64,000 nucleotides of DNA from Octopus bimaculoides (lineage: Eukaryota): contig NC_068985.1 in the NCBI RefSeq assembly GCF_001194135.2, positions 17,863,824-17,927,823 of the forward strand, given 5' to 3'. Below the pieces are notes generated by a model. It saw only the letters and a program-made list of their open reading frames with translations. It was not told the origin of the DNA and did no database searches. Made by a program: the position numbers and the translations under genes. Below are positions 24,557 through 38,360 of the stretch, one piece after another. How positions within the stretch are numbered: the first letter of the stretch is position 1; each line of letters starts with the position of its first letter.

Positions 24557-27220
24557 CTGAAAGATACAAGAGACAAAGCAAGAAACCTACAGAACTAATT
24601 CGGTGTTGCATATGACATCAGAAGGAGGTCCCTCTTTTATATGCAAGACTATAAAACTATTCATCGTTAATTAATAAAATGACTTTACATTGACAGTCAT
24701 ATTACTTGATTGAAGTCAATACTTTTACCTGAGTTTTTATATGAGAGTTAGTTTAAATCATTATTATCAAACAATTTTAGTAAACATTGTCATTAAACAC
24801 GAACATAATTAGCATCAACACATCCTAGAAGTAATGTTTTAATAAGAAAGATATTTCTAAAAACAGAAAGGCTTTTTTAATAAGTAGAATGAATAACCTC
24901 TACTTTTGACATTAAAGGAGGAAAGGTTAAGTTGATCTAAGTGCAACATATATGATGCCCTGAGATACACCAGAAGCTGCTTATTATGATCACTTCAAGA
25001 TAGACTCTTTTAAGTAACAACATCAGATGGATAACATTAAGTAGAGGATATAGCAACATAATATCCTGAGTGCGTTTATGACCGATTCATTTTGATAACA
25101 ATAACCATTTGACAATGTTATCTGTAATTATAATTAGTAGTGAATTGACAGTCATTAGAGAGTCATATAGAGTGACTCACAATATTTGTTCTGAATCTGT
25201 GCACTTTGAGTTAAAATACTGCCAAGATCAACTTTATCTTCCATTCTTTCAGGGTCGATAAAAAAATAAAAAAATAAAAATTCAGGGCAGCGGATTGGTG
25301 GAATAGTAAACGGGTCAGGCAAGATACCTTGTGGTATCTGTTTTGGATTTTTATATTCTAACAGCAATGCCTGCCATGACTAGTGCCACACTGTATTGGA
25401 TCAAGTCGATGACCTTTCCCTTGAATAAATATTGGTGACATGTAGAGGAGACATGCATACATGGGCAACTACCAGTCATCCTCAAAAATCTTGCCCGGGC
25501 TGCACATACATGTAAAGATGCATAGTCAACATATACTGATGGAATCCTTACTCAGCAGTTTGATAACATTATTCTTTTCTACGCTAGGCACAAGGCCCGA
25601 AATTTTTGGGGAGCAGGCCAGTTGATTAGCTCAACCTCAGTATGCAACTGGTACTTAATTTATCGATCCCGAAAGGATGAAAGGCAAAGTTGACCTTGGT
25701 GGAATTTGAACTCAGAACGTAAAGACAGACGAAATACCGCTAAACACCTCATAACATCACTGATTATAAAAAATGGCTTCAACTATAATATGAAAATTTT
25801 CTTTTATTTCTCTACTGTTTTCAAATCACTTTTAAAAATTGTAAGTTATCAAATACTCAATAATAATAGTTACGAAAAAGATATTAAAATAAATACCTTA
25901 CACAGAAAACTTTAAAAGAAAGAAAAATGAAAGAGAAAAAAATTAGCATAAATGACTAATGAGGAGATGGAATTGTTTTTATACAATAATATATAAATAT
26001 GACATTATTTCTTGTTTGCACATTTTTTTTCTATATATCATCACCCTGTGCTGCACCAGCAATGTTTCCTAGGGGTCATTAGGATTAAAAATCCTTTGAA
26101 TAACCAGAGATTTAGGGACGTCCTAATTGAAGCATTTGACAAGGAGAAGATGGAGACATTTAACACAGAGGTCAACATCAGGTACCCTGACCCAGGTGAC
26201 CCAGTAGGGATTGATCAAACCCTAGCTTGTGTCAAATTAGCACCACCCTTTCTAGGGCTCACACCATCTAATCCACAGCTACTTTGTGGGTAACCTCCAC
26301 TGCTTCCACACCCAACCTGATGACCTTTTGCCAACTGGCCCCTATGGTGCCAAGCATGTTCTAAGCTCTGCAGAAGGGATTGGCCTGCAAACTCACTGCA
26401 TCCTATCTCAATAGGACTGCATCCCACTGCCTGTCACCCATTGCTCAAGATTGGAAACTTGATATAATAGAAACCATAAATATGGCTGAATCTTTGACTA
26501 AAGATATATTTTCAGATGGGGATTAATAAAGCAAGATGAACATGGAAAGGTATGCAAGATGATGCATTGTGAGATAATGGTCAATAAGAGGTGAGAAACA
26601 GAGCTAAACTGGGAATGAGAAGTAGAATAGGTTGATGTTACTTGAGAAAACTCGACAAAGAACAAAGAAAATTGGTGACAGACATCAAATGATGAGAAAC
26701 ATTATTAAAGAGTACCACTTACATAACATTCACAGAGAAAAGATGTATATAAAATGATAAACTATTGGAATGTCAGATAAATTCATTGGGTTTCTTTTGC
26801 TCATTTATTTTAATCCTTATTGTTCAGCAACAATTTTAACAGATGAATTAATAATACATTCTCCTTTGTTCATGACTTCTTGCAAACAGTCCACTAGCTT
26901 ATCAATGCCTTAATGGGAGAAATCACCAGATTTAGGCTCAAACAATTCATTAAGCCACGGAAAGAAATAAAATAATTTATCTGACAATCCAATAACTGAA
27001 TGTAAATAATGAGTGCATGTATTATACATACATATAAACATACATTTGAGTCAATGAGAGGACATTTATATAAATATCTGACAATGGTGGACAAACATAT
27101 ACACTTAAATAAACAAGAACGAAATATTTAAAAAACAAAAAGGATTATCTTTGGTAGTTTTAAACACTGAGATGAACCATGCTTGGCTTGGAAATGTTGA
27201 GAATTATTGTTAGTTTAAAT

Positions 27221-27617
27221 TGTTGTTGTTGTTGTTGCTGGCACTCCGTCACTTACGACGTCGAGGGTTCCAGTTGATCCGATCAACAGAACAGCCTGCT
27301 CATGAAAGTAACGTGCAAGTGGCTGAGCACTCCACAGACACGTGTACCCTTAACGTAGTTCTCAGGGATATTCAGTGTGACACAGTATGACAAGGCTGAC
27401 CCTTTGAATTACAGGCACAACAGAAACAGGAAGTAAGAGTGAGAGAAATTTGTGGTGAAAGAGTACAGCAGGGTTCGCCACCATCCCCTGCCGGAGCCTC
27501 GTGGAGCTTTAGGTGTTTTCACTCAATAAACACTCACAACGCCCGGTCTGGGAATCGAAACCGCGATCCTATGACTGCGAGTCCGCTGCCCTAACCACTG
27601 GGCCATTGCGCCTCCAC
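27221..27617 (-). mobile_element. Full-length SINE, family A
   Basis: Near-identical to 989-1374. Perfect 13-bp TSD tgttagtttaaat at 27208-27220 and 27618-27630. Confidence 0.93.
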
Positions 27618-28086
27618 TGTTAGTTTAAATATATATTCTCAAAATATCATCAATCCCTAACCTAGTCTGTTCTGTGCTGTTCACCACCCCAATCCACTCA
27701 GGTCCCTACGTCCACAATCTCTGGTTTCTTTCAACAGTTTTTGTAGCACTCTGAGTAACTGTGAAGAGATTGTTAGACCCTTACAGAGCCCTACCACAGT
27801 GGTGCGTAAGAGGGTGGGAGAGTATAATGTGTTTACTTGCAGTTAAAGCCCATATACTAGTAATAAGAGCGAGCAAGTAAACTTAGTCTTGATGTGGACC
27901 AAGAAGGCAACTGAGATTTTTAAAAACCAGTTCAATAGTATATAATTATTAGATCAGTTGCAGTCATTTAATCAAAGATCTGTCATAAACTTCAATCTGA
28001 CAAATGTGACAAATATTTATTCATACTTTGTAGTATGAAAAAACAAAAAACAAAAAATGAAATAAAAGTTAAAGGTGTGTGTGTGA

Positions 28087-28135
<49 letters not shown>

Positions 28136-28348
28136 TACACAAAGGTATGTGTGCACACAGAGCATATCCATAAGAAATGGTACCTCTGGGCAAATACCAC
28201 AGTAAATTTGCTTTTCAATGATGTATATACATTAAGTATGATACAGAGATGGCTATTTTAATATAATCCTGCTTCTATTCTGCGACAAATTAAGATAAAA
28301 TAATGCATAAGATAAAGAAAAAAACTCATGGAATATATCTATACTAAC

Positions 28349-28524
28349 AACTTTGCCGGGTGCAGGTTTCTTCTCTTTCTTATCTTGCCAGTTGTTCAAT
28401 GTTTGTATTTCTTTTTGTAGCAGCTGTAGTCTTTTGCCTGCAGAAGCAAGAAGTGTTTCCAATTCTGTTTGTAAGCGGTCAATTTCATCTCCTCCAATGC
28501 CTTCTTCTTGAGTTCGTGATAAGA
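28349..28524 (-). CDS. TADA3: TADA3 coding exon
   Basis: cttcttccttcag|...AAAGTT|gttagt, 176 nt, phase 1-0. Encodes (V)LSRTQEEGIGGDEIDRLQTELETLLASAGKRLQLLQKEIQTLNNWQDKK, matching Ada3 LQLELETLLS and WQDKK. Confidence 0.95.
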
Positions 28525-30971
28525 CTGAAGGAAGAAGACAAGAACAGCAATGATAACACAATCACACAACGCTCCTACTCTAAGTAAGAGGTCTCTTTAC
28601 CTCCTACTGAAACTAATTAATACAGAAGATATGTAAGGTGAACAAATAAAAGAGACTTACGTTGTATTCTCCAATGGGTTTAAATGCAAGGACTGCATAC
28701 TGGAGCTTCAAGATGGCTTCTACTGTCCTCATATGCCACAGTAAGAGAACTAAAGTAGACATCCTGTCTAGGAGCTCTGGTCACTCCGCATTACCAAAGT
28801 TTATGGTATCTTGTATTCAGTAAAGAAGCAACTCAGACAATTTATTTTTTGTGTCTTCTGTATGCAATAGATCAGTGCTCCACAACCAGTATGCAGTGGC
28901 ACACTGGTGTGCTACGGGATGATGCTTGGTATGTTGTAGCGTAACCCGAACATAATTTTCCCCCTATACTTTTAGTTATAATTTTAGTTCAGGCATGCTG
29001 CTGTATTCTGAAAAGAATATGAGTATACTGCAATAGACTGACTGTTTCTGGCCTCGTTTCTTCTACCTTAAGGTAAGACACAACCATTCATACTTCTTTG
29101 TGAGATTGTGAACAGAGCAGTTGATCCAGTTCTTGAGTTTGTATAACAGTTACTGTAAATGAACATTCTTACGAAGGGAGATAATCTACTGATGCTTCTC
29201 ACTATTCATCTTTACAATCAGTTTGGAAGTGTTAGTGAAACCACCTTTATCGTAGCAACAGTAGAGGATCACAGTTACATATGAGGCTGCCAGTGTATGG
29301 CTTAGTTGCTCTTTCATCACATTATGAAGAAGTTGGCAACATCCCTTGCAATTTCAAATCTAATAATGCCAATTTTCCAAGTTATAATACACCAAGACAG
29401 ATCATTTAGAGTAACTGATTGAACATATCTTAAATGAAGACAGTAATGGGGTTTATAATTTTTACAAGGAATCAACTATTGACCATATATCTTGAAACTA
29501 TTTCAAATTCATAAACTAAAGATAAATCATATAACGAGATGTAATATTAAATATATGTAATTTTTTATTTGTTCACAAGCAATTTTGTTTTTCTAAATGC
29601 AGTTCAGTTTAATATCAGGAAGTAGAATGACATGCAATTAGAGCAGAACAACAGGGACATAAAGAAATTATTCATTTTTGGCTTGTTGCTCTCTGAAGAA
29701 AGCTTTTGATAGATGCACTTGAAGTAGTGATACAGTTACTAAGAAATTTAGGAGTAAAGGAAAAGTTGGTCAGAGTAGTGACATGTGAAATGTATGAGTG
29801 GACAGTGGTAAGGATGAAAGTGGGTAACAATGACGAATTTGAAGTAAAGGTAGGATTGTATGAGGGGTCAGTGTTAAACCCCAATTATTTGTATATGTCA
29901 TGGAGGGGTAGGCACAAAAGTTTTTATTTTGGGAGTTGTTGTATACAAGTGATATGGTGTTGACAATAGAGAGAATGGATGGCTCAAAGGAGAAGAATAG
30001 ACGGAGATAAATGTCATGAAGGTGACTACTGGAAAGACAAAAGCAATGACAGGTGATAAAGTATGTACTTAAGTGGAAATAAACCAGGAAGTGGCTATGA
30101 GCAGAGCGAAAGAGGAGCTTGGAATGAATTCCATTAAATGTGTTAAGAATTCATTACTAACATTCATTTCTAACCAGTTTTCAAAACCCTCATTACTACA
30201 CTATATTGCTGTCCAACTGAATCATCTCTTCCAATCCTATCAAGTAAAACCTTCAATTTTTCTGTATATTTCAGCAAGATTCCAGTTAGCGTTTTAGTGA
30301 TACTGATTAAAAAAATATTGTCCAGGCATTACTATTAGATAAGCTTCTCTGTTTGGTGTTTTAGAACATGACCTTTAAGCCAACTATTGAGAAGAAGACC
30401 CATCAAGTCAAGTAAAATTGCAGTCGTAGCAGATACTGGTGTCACGCAAATGGGACATGTGCCGGTGACATGTAAAAACATCCATTATACTCTCAGAGAG
30501 GCTGGCTTTAGGAAGGGCATCCAGCCGTAGAAACCATGCCAAATCAGAGTGGAGTTTGGTGCAGCCTTCCAGCTTGCCATCTCGGATCAAATCGTCTAAC
30601 CCATGCCTGCTTGGACAATAGATGTTAAATGATGATGATGATGTGTAATATGCACTAGGTTGGATCATCAGAAGAGCAATAGAGTGGAAGAATTATTAAT
30701 CAATGTGTATAATGGGAGCTACAAATGGAGGAAGTAGTATGAAGATGGTAGGTACTTCAATGATATGATGACTAGAGCAGCAGGTGGATCAGACCCATTG
30801 CTGGTAGCCAGAGCGAGATGCACTTGGAAGTTCAGGGAAATGAGTAATATGAATGAAGTGAGAGCTACTGAAACTGAATGGAATGGTGTTTGCTGTATGT
30901 GTAAGAAATAGTATGATTTATGGGTGATAAATACAGAGCAGCGAAGGCTGGAAAGAATAGTTCAGTGGATG

Positions 30972-31056
<85 letters not shown>
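30972..31056. repeat. (GA)n microsatellite
   Basis: Direct reading. A similar tract lies at ~23180-23260. Numerous (TA)n/(CA)n tracts occur elsewhere, many abutting N gaps. Confidence 0.95.
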
Positions 31057-31059
<3 letters not shown>

Positions 31060-31710
31060 GAATGAATTGCAGAGGTGGGTGTTGTAAAGAGGAATGAGAT
31101 AAGATAGTGGGGTTATGTGGTGAGGAAAGATCAAATGATTAGGTAAAAGGAATAATGAAAATGAATACTGAAGGAAGTAAAGGAAGGGAAAGACAGAAAA
31201 ACGAGGGCAAAGTGGTTGGGATGGTGAAGCTGTAGTGGAAAGGGCAAAATGGATATTTATCATGGGGCTCCCAAGGCTAACCTCTGCCTCTGCAGGAGAA
31301 GTAGTCTTAAAACACTTGTGTTCTGTATCAAATGTTATTATGCTACCATAGTTTTAAGACGCTGCTTCATTTTCTCTTCCTTTTATGTATATTTGGATAT
31401 AAAAGTTTGACCATCACCAAGTTGCTAGAGTTGCTATTATGGATTATCTGCTTAGTACAGAATATAAAAGATTTCACAATTGGAGTTATGTCAAACATGA
31501 ATGGAATTTACTTGTAAAGCAGTTTTAAGAAACAGCTACCCATTAATCTGCTTGGGATAACCATATCATCCACAGGAAGAAAAGGTAATGAAAATACAAT
31601 AAAGATAGAATTAACGAAGTAAATGGTCTAAAACACTTTAGGGCATATAAAGCTTATGCATTTCAACATACTGGGTAAACAAGACAGATATATTCATAAA
31701 GAAAACTCAC

Positions 31711-31816
31711 CTGATGAGTAAAGCGGACATGATTTTGTATGATCAACAGGTTTGAGATCTGGAAATTGGAGGGGACAATCTTTTGAGTCACCTATCCCTT
31801 TACCTTTTCCCTTCAT
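31711..31816 (-). CDS. TADA3: TADA3 first coding exon (5 nt of UTR upstream, acceptor AG at 31823-31822)
   Basis: MKGKGKGIGDSKDCPLQFPDLKPVDHTKSCPLYSS then G|gtgagt. Matches the Ada3 N-terminus KDCPLQF-D-K-VDH-K-CP-Y. 106 nt, ends in phase 1. Confidence 0.93.
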
Positions 31817-32295
31817 GATGTCTATAATGAAATAAATACCAGAACAAAAAGATATTTAGTGCTTCATTTCATTATTTTTGTTTTTTGCTCAAATATTATA
31901 ATGAATAATATAACAACCAATACAAAAAGAAAAATTAAGATGGTGAGAATAATTATGTGACAGGATCTGACTAGCCAGAGTGCTGTGTTGGGTTCCAATG
32001 TCTGCTTTGTCCAGCGGTAGAAATCTTGCCAAAGCAGACACTGGAATGTAATGCAGCCTTCTGGCTAGTTAGATTCTGTTGAATAGTCTAATCCATGCCA
32101 GCATGCAATACAGTTATGAAATGATGATGATGATGATGACTGACTAAAATTTTTCAATATAAATTTTGTCATCTCTATCATACATAAGACAAAATAACTC
32201 ATTTCAGTGGACAAATATTCTAGCTACCTGGTTTATTTGATTACTATTTCATGACACCTACAATTATGCACACACACACACACTATATACACAAT

Positions 32296-33290
32296 CACTA
32301 TCAGAACTAGAGAAGAAGTTTCAGGTGTGGAAGTAAGGTCTAGAAGTGAAGGGCCTTAGAGATAACCTAGCAAAAACCAGAGTCTTAGAAAGGAGGAAAG
32401 CAGACAAATCCCAAATCCCCTCAGGTTCTGATCGATCTGTAGAAAAGACGTAGATAGAAACTCCATAGGATGTACCTGGTGTAAGCTATGGACACATATA
32501 AGAGGTACAACAATATCAGAGGAAGGTTAACAGGGAAAATAGTTTTTGTGTGTGAAAGGTGCACAGGTACAATTAACACTAAAAAGGTACAGAAAATAGA
32601 TTCCATTGCATGCCAGCGGGGGAAACTAGAAGTAGTTGATAGCTTCCATTACCTAGGTGACCAAGTCAGTAGTGGGGGGTGGATGCTCGAAGAGTATAGT
32701 TGCTAGAATGAGAATAGGCTGGGCAAAGTTCTGAGAGCTCCTACCTCTGCTGGCAACAAAGGGCCTCTCACTCAGGGTGAAAGCCAGACCATATGATGCC
32801 TGTGTGTGAACAGTCATGCTACACCACAGTGAAACATGGGTTGCGACTGCCAAGGACATGCATAAGATATGAAGCTAGTATGCTTTGTTGGATGTGTAAT
32901 GTCAGTGTGCATGCACGATAGAGTGTAAGCATCCCGAAAGAAAAGTTGGGCATAAGAGGCATCAGATGTGGTGTGCAAGAGAGGCAGCTGCACTGGTATA
33001 GTAATATAATGCATATGGATGTGGACAGCTGTGTGAAGAAGTACCCTTATGGTGGAGGGAACTCTGTAGAAAAGGTAGATCCAGGAAGACATGAGACAAG
33101 GTGGTGAAGCACAATCTTCAAATGTTGGGCCTCATGGAGGCAATGACAAGTAACCGAGACCTTTGGTGATACGCTGTGCTTAAGAAGATCCATTAAAAGC
33201 ACCCTTCAAGCGTTAGGTGATATGCTGTGCTTGTGAAGACCTGTCGAACCAAATGAAATCATAGTCGTGGCCGATGCTAGTGCCATCTGA
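32296..33290 (+). mobile_element. Decayed RTE-type LINE 3' fragment
   Basis: Homologous to 9940-10900 (KLEVVDSFHYLGDQVSSGG), with small internal deletions and stops. Confidence 0.85.
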
Positions 33291-33428
33291 ATGCAACTAG
33301 AATATAAATCTTTCTTTATTTTGGTATGTACGTATATGTTCCTCTAATTTTGTTTTGTATATAATAGCGATTTCACTGACCTGACCTTGGTAGTTTACTG
33401 CTCAAGGATTGAACTTTAATACACACAT

Positions 33429-33460
<32 letters not shown>

Positions 33461-33640
33461 ACATAAATGGGGTCTAACTATGTCATACCTAGAACCAGCC
33501 CTGAGTCAGATCTACCAAATTGGATTTGGTACTTATATATCTACAATATCTTACCAACACCTGATACCTTCATGGTTGTTTGACCTCACTGTGAACCCTA
33601 TACGTTGATATACCTTGATTCTATTGAACCCTATAAACTG

Positions 33641-33679
<39 letters not shown>

Positions 33680-33884
33680 TATGTTGGTGCAAGCAAGAAA
33701 AATAGAACTCAAAATACGAGTATATGTATATTTTTATGATTTTAATGATTATCAGTATCTTATGATATTTACTTTGTATTACATTATACTTATTTATCGT
33801 GCATTTACTTATTAATTTTTCTATATGTGACTGTGGATTTTCAGGGATAAGTTCATGAAATTTGTTTTTTTTCTCTAAAACTAT

Positions 33885-34268
33885 GTTGTTGGCACTCCGT
33901 CGCTTACGACGTCGAGGGTTCCAGTTGATCCGATCAACGGAACAGCCTGCTCGTGAAAGTAACGTGCAAGTGGCTGAGCACTCCACAGACACGTGTACCC
34001 TTAACATAGTTCTCGGGGATATTCAGCGTGACACAGTGTGACAAGGTTGACCCTTTGAATTACAGGTACAACAGAAACAAGAATAAAGAGTGAGAGAAAG
34101 TTGTGGTGGAAGAGTACAGCAGGGTTCGCCACCATCCCCTGCCGGAACCTCGTGGAACTTTAGGTGTTTTCGTTCAATAAACACTCACAATGCCCGGTCT
34201 AGGAATCGAAACCGCGATCCTATGACCGCAAGTCTGCTGCCCTAACCACTGGGCCACTGCGCCTCCAC
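33885..34268 (-). mobile_element. Full-length SINE, family A
   Basis: Same family. Perfect 13-bp TSD tctctaaaactat at 33872-33884 and 34269-34281. Confidence 0.93.
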
Positions 34269-36004
34269 TCTCTAAAACTATATATTTATATATTTTATAC
34301 TGTGAAACTTAATTTAATTTTAATTTTTAATAAACTGAATTTAAATGAGTTTCTACCTGTAAATTTGGATTTTTATTCCTAATATTATTATTATATATAC
34401 ATAAGGATTGTATGATACTTGTGTATGAACAGCAATGCTACTTGATAGTGAGACAAGGACTGATTGCCAAGAAGGTGCAAAGACCAGAGAGGAATGAAGC
34501 TAGTATGCTGTTTGATATGCAGTGTTAGTGTGCATTTGCAACAAAGTGCAAATGTATTGGCAGAAAAATTAGGTATAAGAGAAATCACATATAGCATGCA
34601 AGATAGAAAACTGCACTGGTTTGGTCATGTGATGCATATGGATGAGGATAGCTGGATAAAGATGTACCAATTTAAATGGATGAAACTTATGGAAGAGGGA
34701 GACCCTGGAAAACATGGGATTAAGTAATGAAGGCTGATCTCAAGTTGTTGAGCCTCACGGAGAAGATATGTGCCCAAGGTCTGTTACAGTGAAAGTGAGG
34801 TCCTATAAGCCTGTGTATGCTGGGCTCTGCCCTTCACCCAATCTGTACATCAAACATCCCCTTCATCTCATCCTCTTAACACCCATCTTACTCTTCTAAT
34901 ATAGTGCTACTTAGATGTTGTAATTACTTGAGAGCAGAATCAGCACAAATTTTATCCCATGCCTTTTGCACTTCCACTTACCTCCTCCTTCCCCTAGAAC
35001 CACTTCCTATTAACATCCAACTCTCATTCTCATTACCATCCCTTCCAACACTATTTTTCATTGATCACCCACTTTCTGTGCCTTCAGTTTTCTCTCCTTC
35101 TCCTCTGAAATACATCTGAGATCTGCCATACCTCATTTTTAACACCTCTCAAAGCTGCCATCATTCTCAATACCTTCTCATAGCTGCCATCAGTGACCTC
35201 ACCACTGTTGTAGCTCCACTCACTACAGCTACCCTCATGTTCCTCTGACTTCCATCTGTCACTGTACATCTCCCAGCTTTCTGGTCTATATACAGGATGC
35301 CGCTTGCCACCCCTCTTTCTCGATCCACTTCTATCTTTCTCACCCCACCTCCATACTGACGTTTTCTACCAGCCACACCACCCTTGTACATAATTCACTA
35401 CAATCTCCTCAACCTCTATCTCTAACCATTTGTTACTCTCCTCTCACACTCTTATGAAATTAACCACCCTCTCTGGTCCACTGTCTATATTCTCTCATAC
35501 TCATCTTCTTCTAACTTGAGAGTTCACCTGGCAGTTTGTCTATCTTTATCTTCTTTCTATGTGTTTTCACCTTTATATAATGTGGAGTAACCTTTATCTC
35601 CTCTATACCAAGACACCTCTGCTTATCTCTCCATCATATTTTAGCCTCTAAACATCTGGCATAAAGCTACTTTCCCCCTCTCTCAAATACAACTCCACTC
35701 AATTGTGGAAACTTTTTCCTTATCTTTTCTTGTCTTGCAAATTATTTGACAATCTCCTAAGTGCTGGTGGCATGAAAAAAAAAAAAGCACCCAGGTCCAT
35801 CATAAATCACTGCTGTGATAACTTAGGCTATCTGGCAGGTTGGCATATGAGCTAGTCATTCACATAGTAAACCAAGTTGTACAGGAGGGTGTCGTAGCCA
35901 ATGACTGATGTAAGTATCATTGTCAACTGTTATAAGGGCAAAGATAATGCATTAGAGAGAAGAAACTAGAGGTATGAAGTTTGCAGAAAGGATTATAACA
36001 CAAT

Positions 36005-36410
36005 TGGGATCTATTTTAAAACGGGAGCCACAGTATTTTCTTAACGAAACACTTTGAAACTTGGAACACTGGTAGAATGTGTCATATAAAACATCTTTTT
36101 CTCTTAGTCTTCTTTAAAAAAAAAAAGAAATCCCTAAGTTATTCCATGTTAAAGTTGTCGTATTTCTGTAATTTCAACCAATCACTGACGTCCATTCAGC
36201 CGATATACATTAAGTGCCGACTACATAAACAAACGATTCTGAAACAATTCTATCGGTGATAAAATTATTATTTCCTTGTCAATACAAAAATATTTTTCTG
36301 TTCTATAACACAAAATAGATAAGTATACGAAGTTTGAAAGTCTTTCGGTACCAAAAACACTAAGTAAAACATTAATGAAAACTGTGGCCCCCGTTTTAAA
36401 ATAGATCCCA
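36005..36410. mobile_element. MITE, 406 bp
   Basis: 30-bp TIRs tgggatctattttaaaacggg(a/g)gccacagt at 36005-36034 and 36381-36410 (1 mismatch). Apparent 4-bp TSD caat at 36001-36004 and 36411-36414. Confidence 0.75.
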
Positions 36411-38360
36411 CAATTGATTAGGGAAAGAGTTACCATAGACATTATGCAGTTTGGTTGTTGTGCCAGGAAGAAATACAAGCCTTGTGAGACAATATAATAG
36501 AAGTATCCAGCTAGGAAGATGTCCCTATACCTGGCTTTTGTTGACCTAGAGAAAGCTTTTGATAGATTTCTCCACTCCACGATCTGGTGGTCACTAAGAA
36601 AGCTTGAAGTGGACATTAGATTTCTTCTAATGTATAGGTGGTTCTCTAGAATAAATGACAGCTTATGTTACCAAGGAGACCTAATTAGGAGTGTAAGAAT
36701 GGAGGTATTTTGAGAGTATAATTGTCAAAATAAGAACTGGGTAGAGTTCATGGAGCAAACAACTCATCTCCCTCAAATTGAAGGACAGACCGTATAATGC
36801 TTGAGTGCTATGTGCAATGTTATGTGGTGAGACTTAGATTTTGAATGCGCAGGCTAAAAATAAATGAAGCGAGCAGATGGCTATCTCTCTAGTATCGGTG
36901 TCATAAAAAACAAAAAAGCACACCCAGTACACTCTTAAAGTGTGAGGTTTCGTTGAAAACATAACACCTCTCGAGTACTGGTAACACGAAAACGAAAAGT
37001 ATCCAGTGTACTCAAAAGTGGTTGATGTTAAACCAAATAAAACGCGAGTTAGAATGGTCACCCTGACCGTCCAGGTCAGTATGCCCGTTCAACCCATGCC
37101 AGCACTGGACAGCGGATATAAAACGATGATGCTGACGATGTGTATTTATGTATCTATTTACATATATGCATATGTGTGTTCATATATATATGCAGATATG
37201 TATGTGTGTGTATATATCGGCATCATGAAACTAATTATGAAACATTGGTTTCTAATAAGATGTAAGAGGCTTTAGTTTCTCATAAAACATACAAACTCCT
37301 ATGTACCGAATGCTTCTTTTCTTCGTTTGTAAACACAGACGTTCAGGAATGCTTTTCTCTCTTTCTCTCTCCCTCTCAGTCAGACCATCGATCATGTTAA
37401 CCTGACTACTGGCCCGAAATCCAAAATAAAAACAAGTCGCACTGAAAAATATTCCTCCTTTATTAAAGGTGCGATTATTAACGTGAAAAAGTATAATCTT
37501 GATATTTTAATCGCGTCTCCGTTATAATTTCAACGAATGAGCCGGTTCACACACCTGAGAAAAAGGAATGTAAGGACTTAAAAGTTACGTGTGTTTATCT
37601 CCCTATAAAATTCGATTTTTCAGTGCATATTTCTAATCGCGCCGGGGATCGATGATACAAATCACCAGTAGCACATTGCGTCCGTTGAATACAGTGTATC
37701 CAACTTAAAAGAACAATAGGTTAACCGTAGTCAAAAGAAACTGTTATTTAACTTATTTGAAAATTGCAATTCCCGAAATGTTGTTATATTACAATACATC
37801 TCATGAAATTGAAAAGACTAAGTGGGGTAAGATAATTCAGAACCAAAAGAGAACTCCGGTGGTAGTCAATGTTATCCAGAGAGTATGTCTCAAAATAAAT
37901 AAATTGGATATGTAATTTTTCAGTAAATTTGTTTGACAACAATATTAAAACCACTTCAAATGCAAAATTGATTGCTTGTGTTCATTTTGATACACGGACC
38001 AAGTAATACTCTATTAATACAACTACAGCCCTGACGATGAAATCCATCTTTTATCAGTCTATAAAAAAACTAACTGATCAAGAAGGCTAAGCAGTTTGGG
38101 CATGATCAAGTAAATAAAACGAACAAAATGATAAATGTAAAGTTAGTGGTCAAGTAGTGCAAATTCATTAAAACAGAATTGCGGATGGCTGCACGTGGAT
38201 GTCACAAATGCAATTTTTGCAAATTCCAAAACAAATTTCTGCCAGCACGAAAGATGCAAGCTTCTTTCCTCATAGCTCATGCATAATTTAAACTTAGGTG
38301 GAAATATACAAAGTTAATAAAAAAAAAACTTCCTTGAACACAATAGATTTGTTAGCTTAC

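Noticed and set aside
28661-28699. Strong minus-strand donor AAC|gtaagt as an extra TADA3 exon
   Set aside because: The only frame-preserving acceptor (39 nt) lacks a pyrimidine tract and gives an in-frame TAA. Other acceptors shift the frame.
38031-38045. CTGACGA-T-GAAA as a hammerhead ribozyme core
   Set aside because: No room for stem II and no stems I or III.
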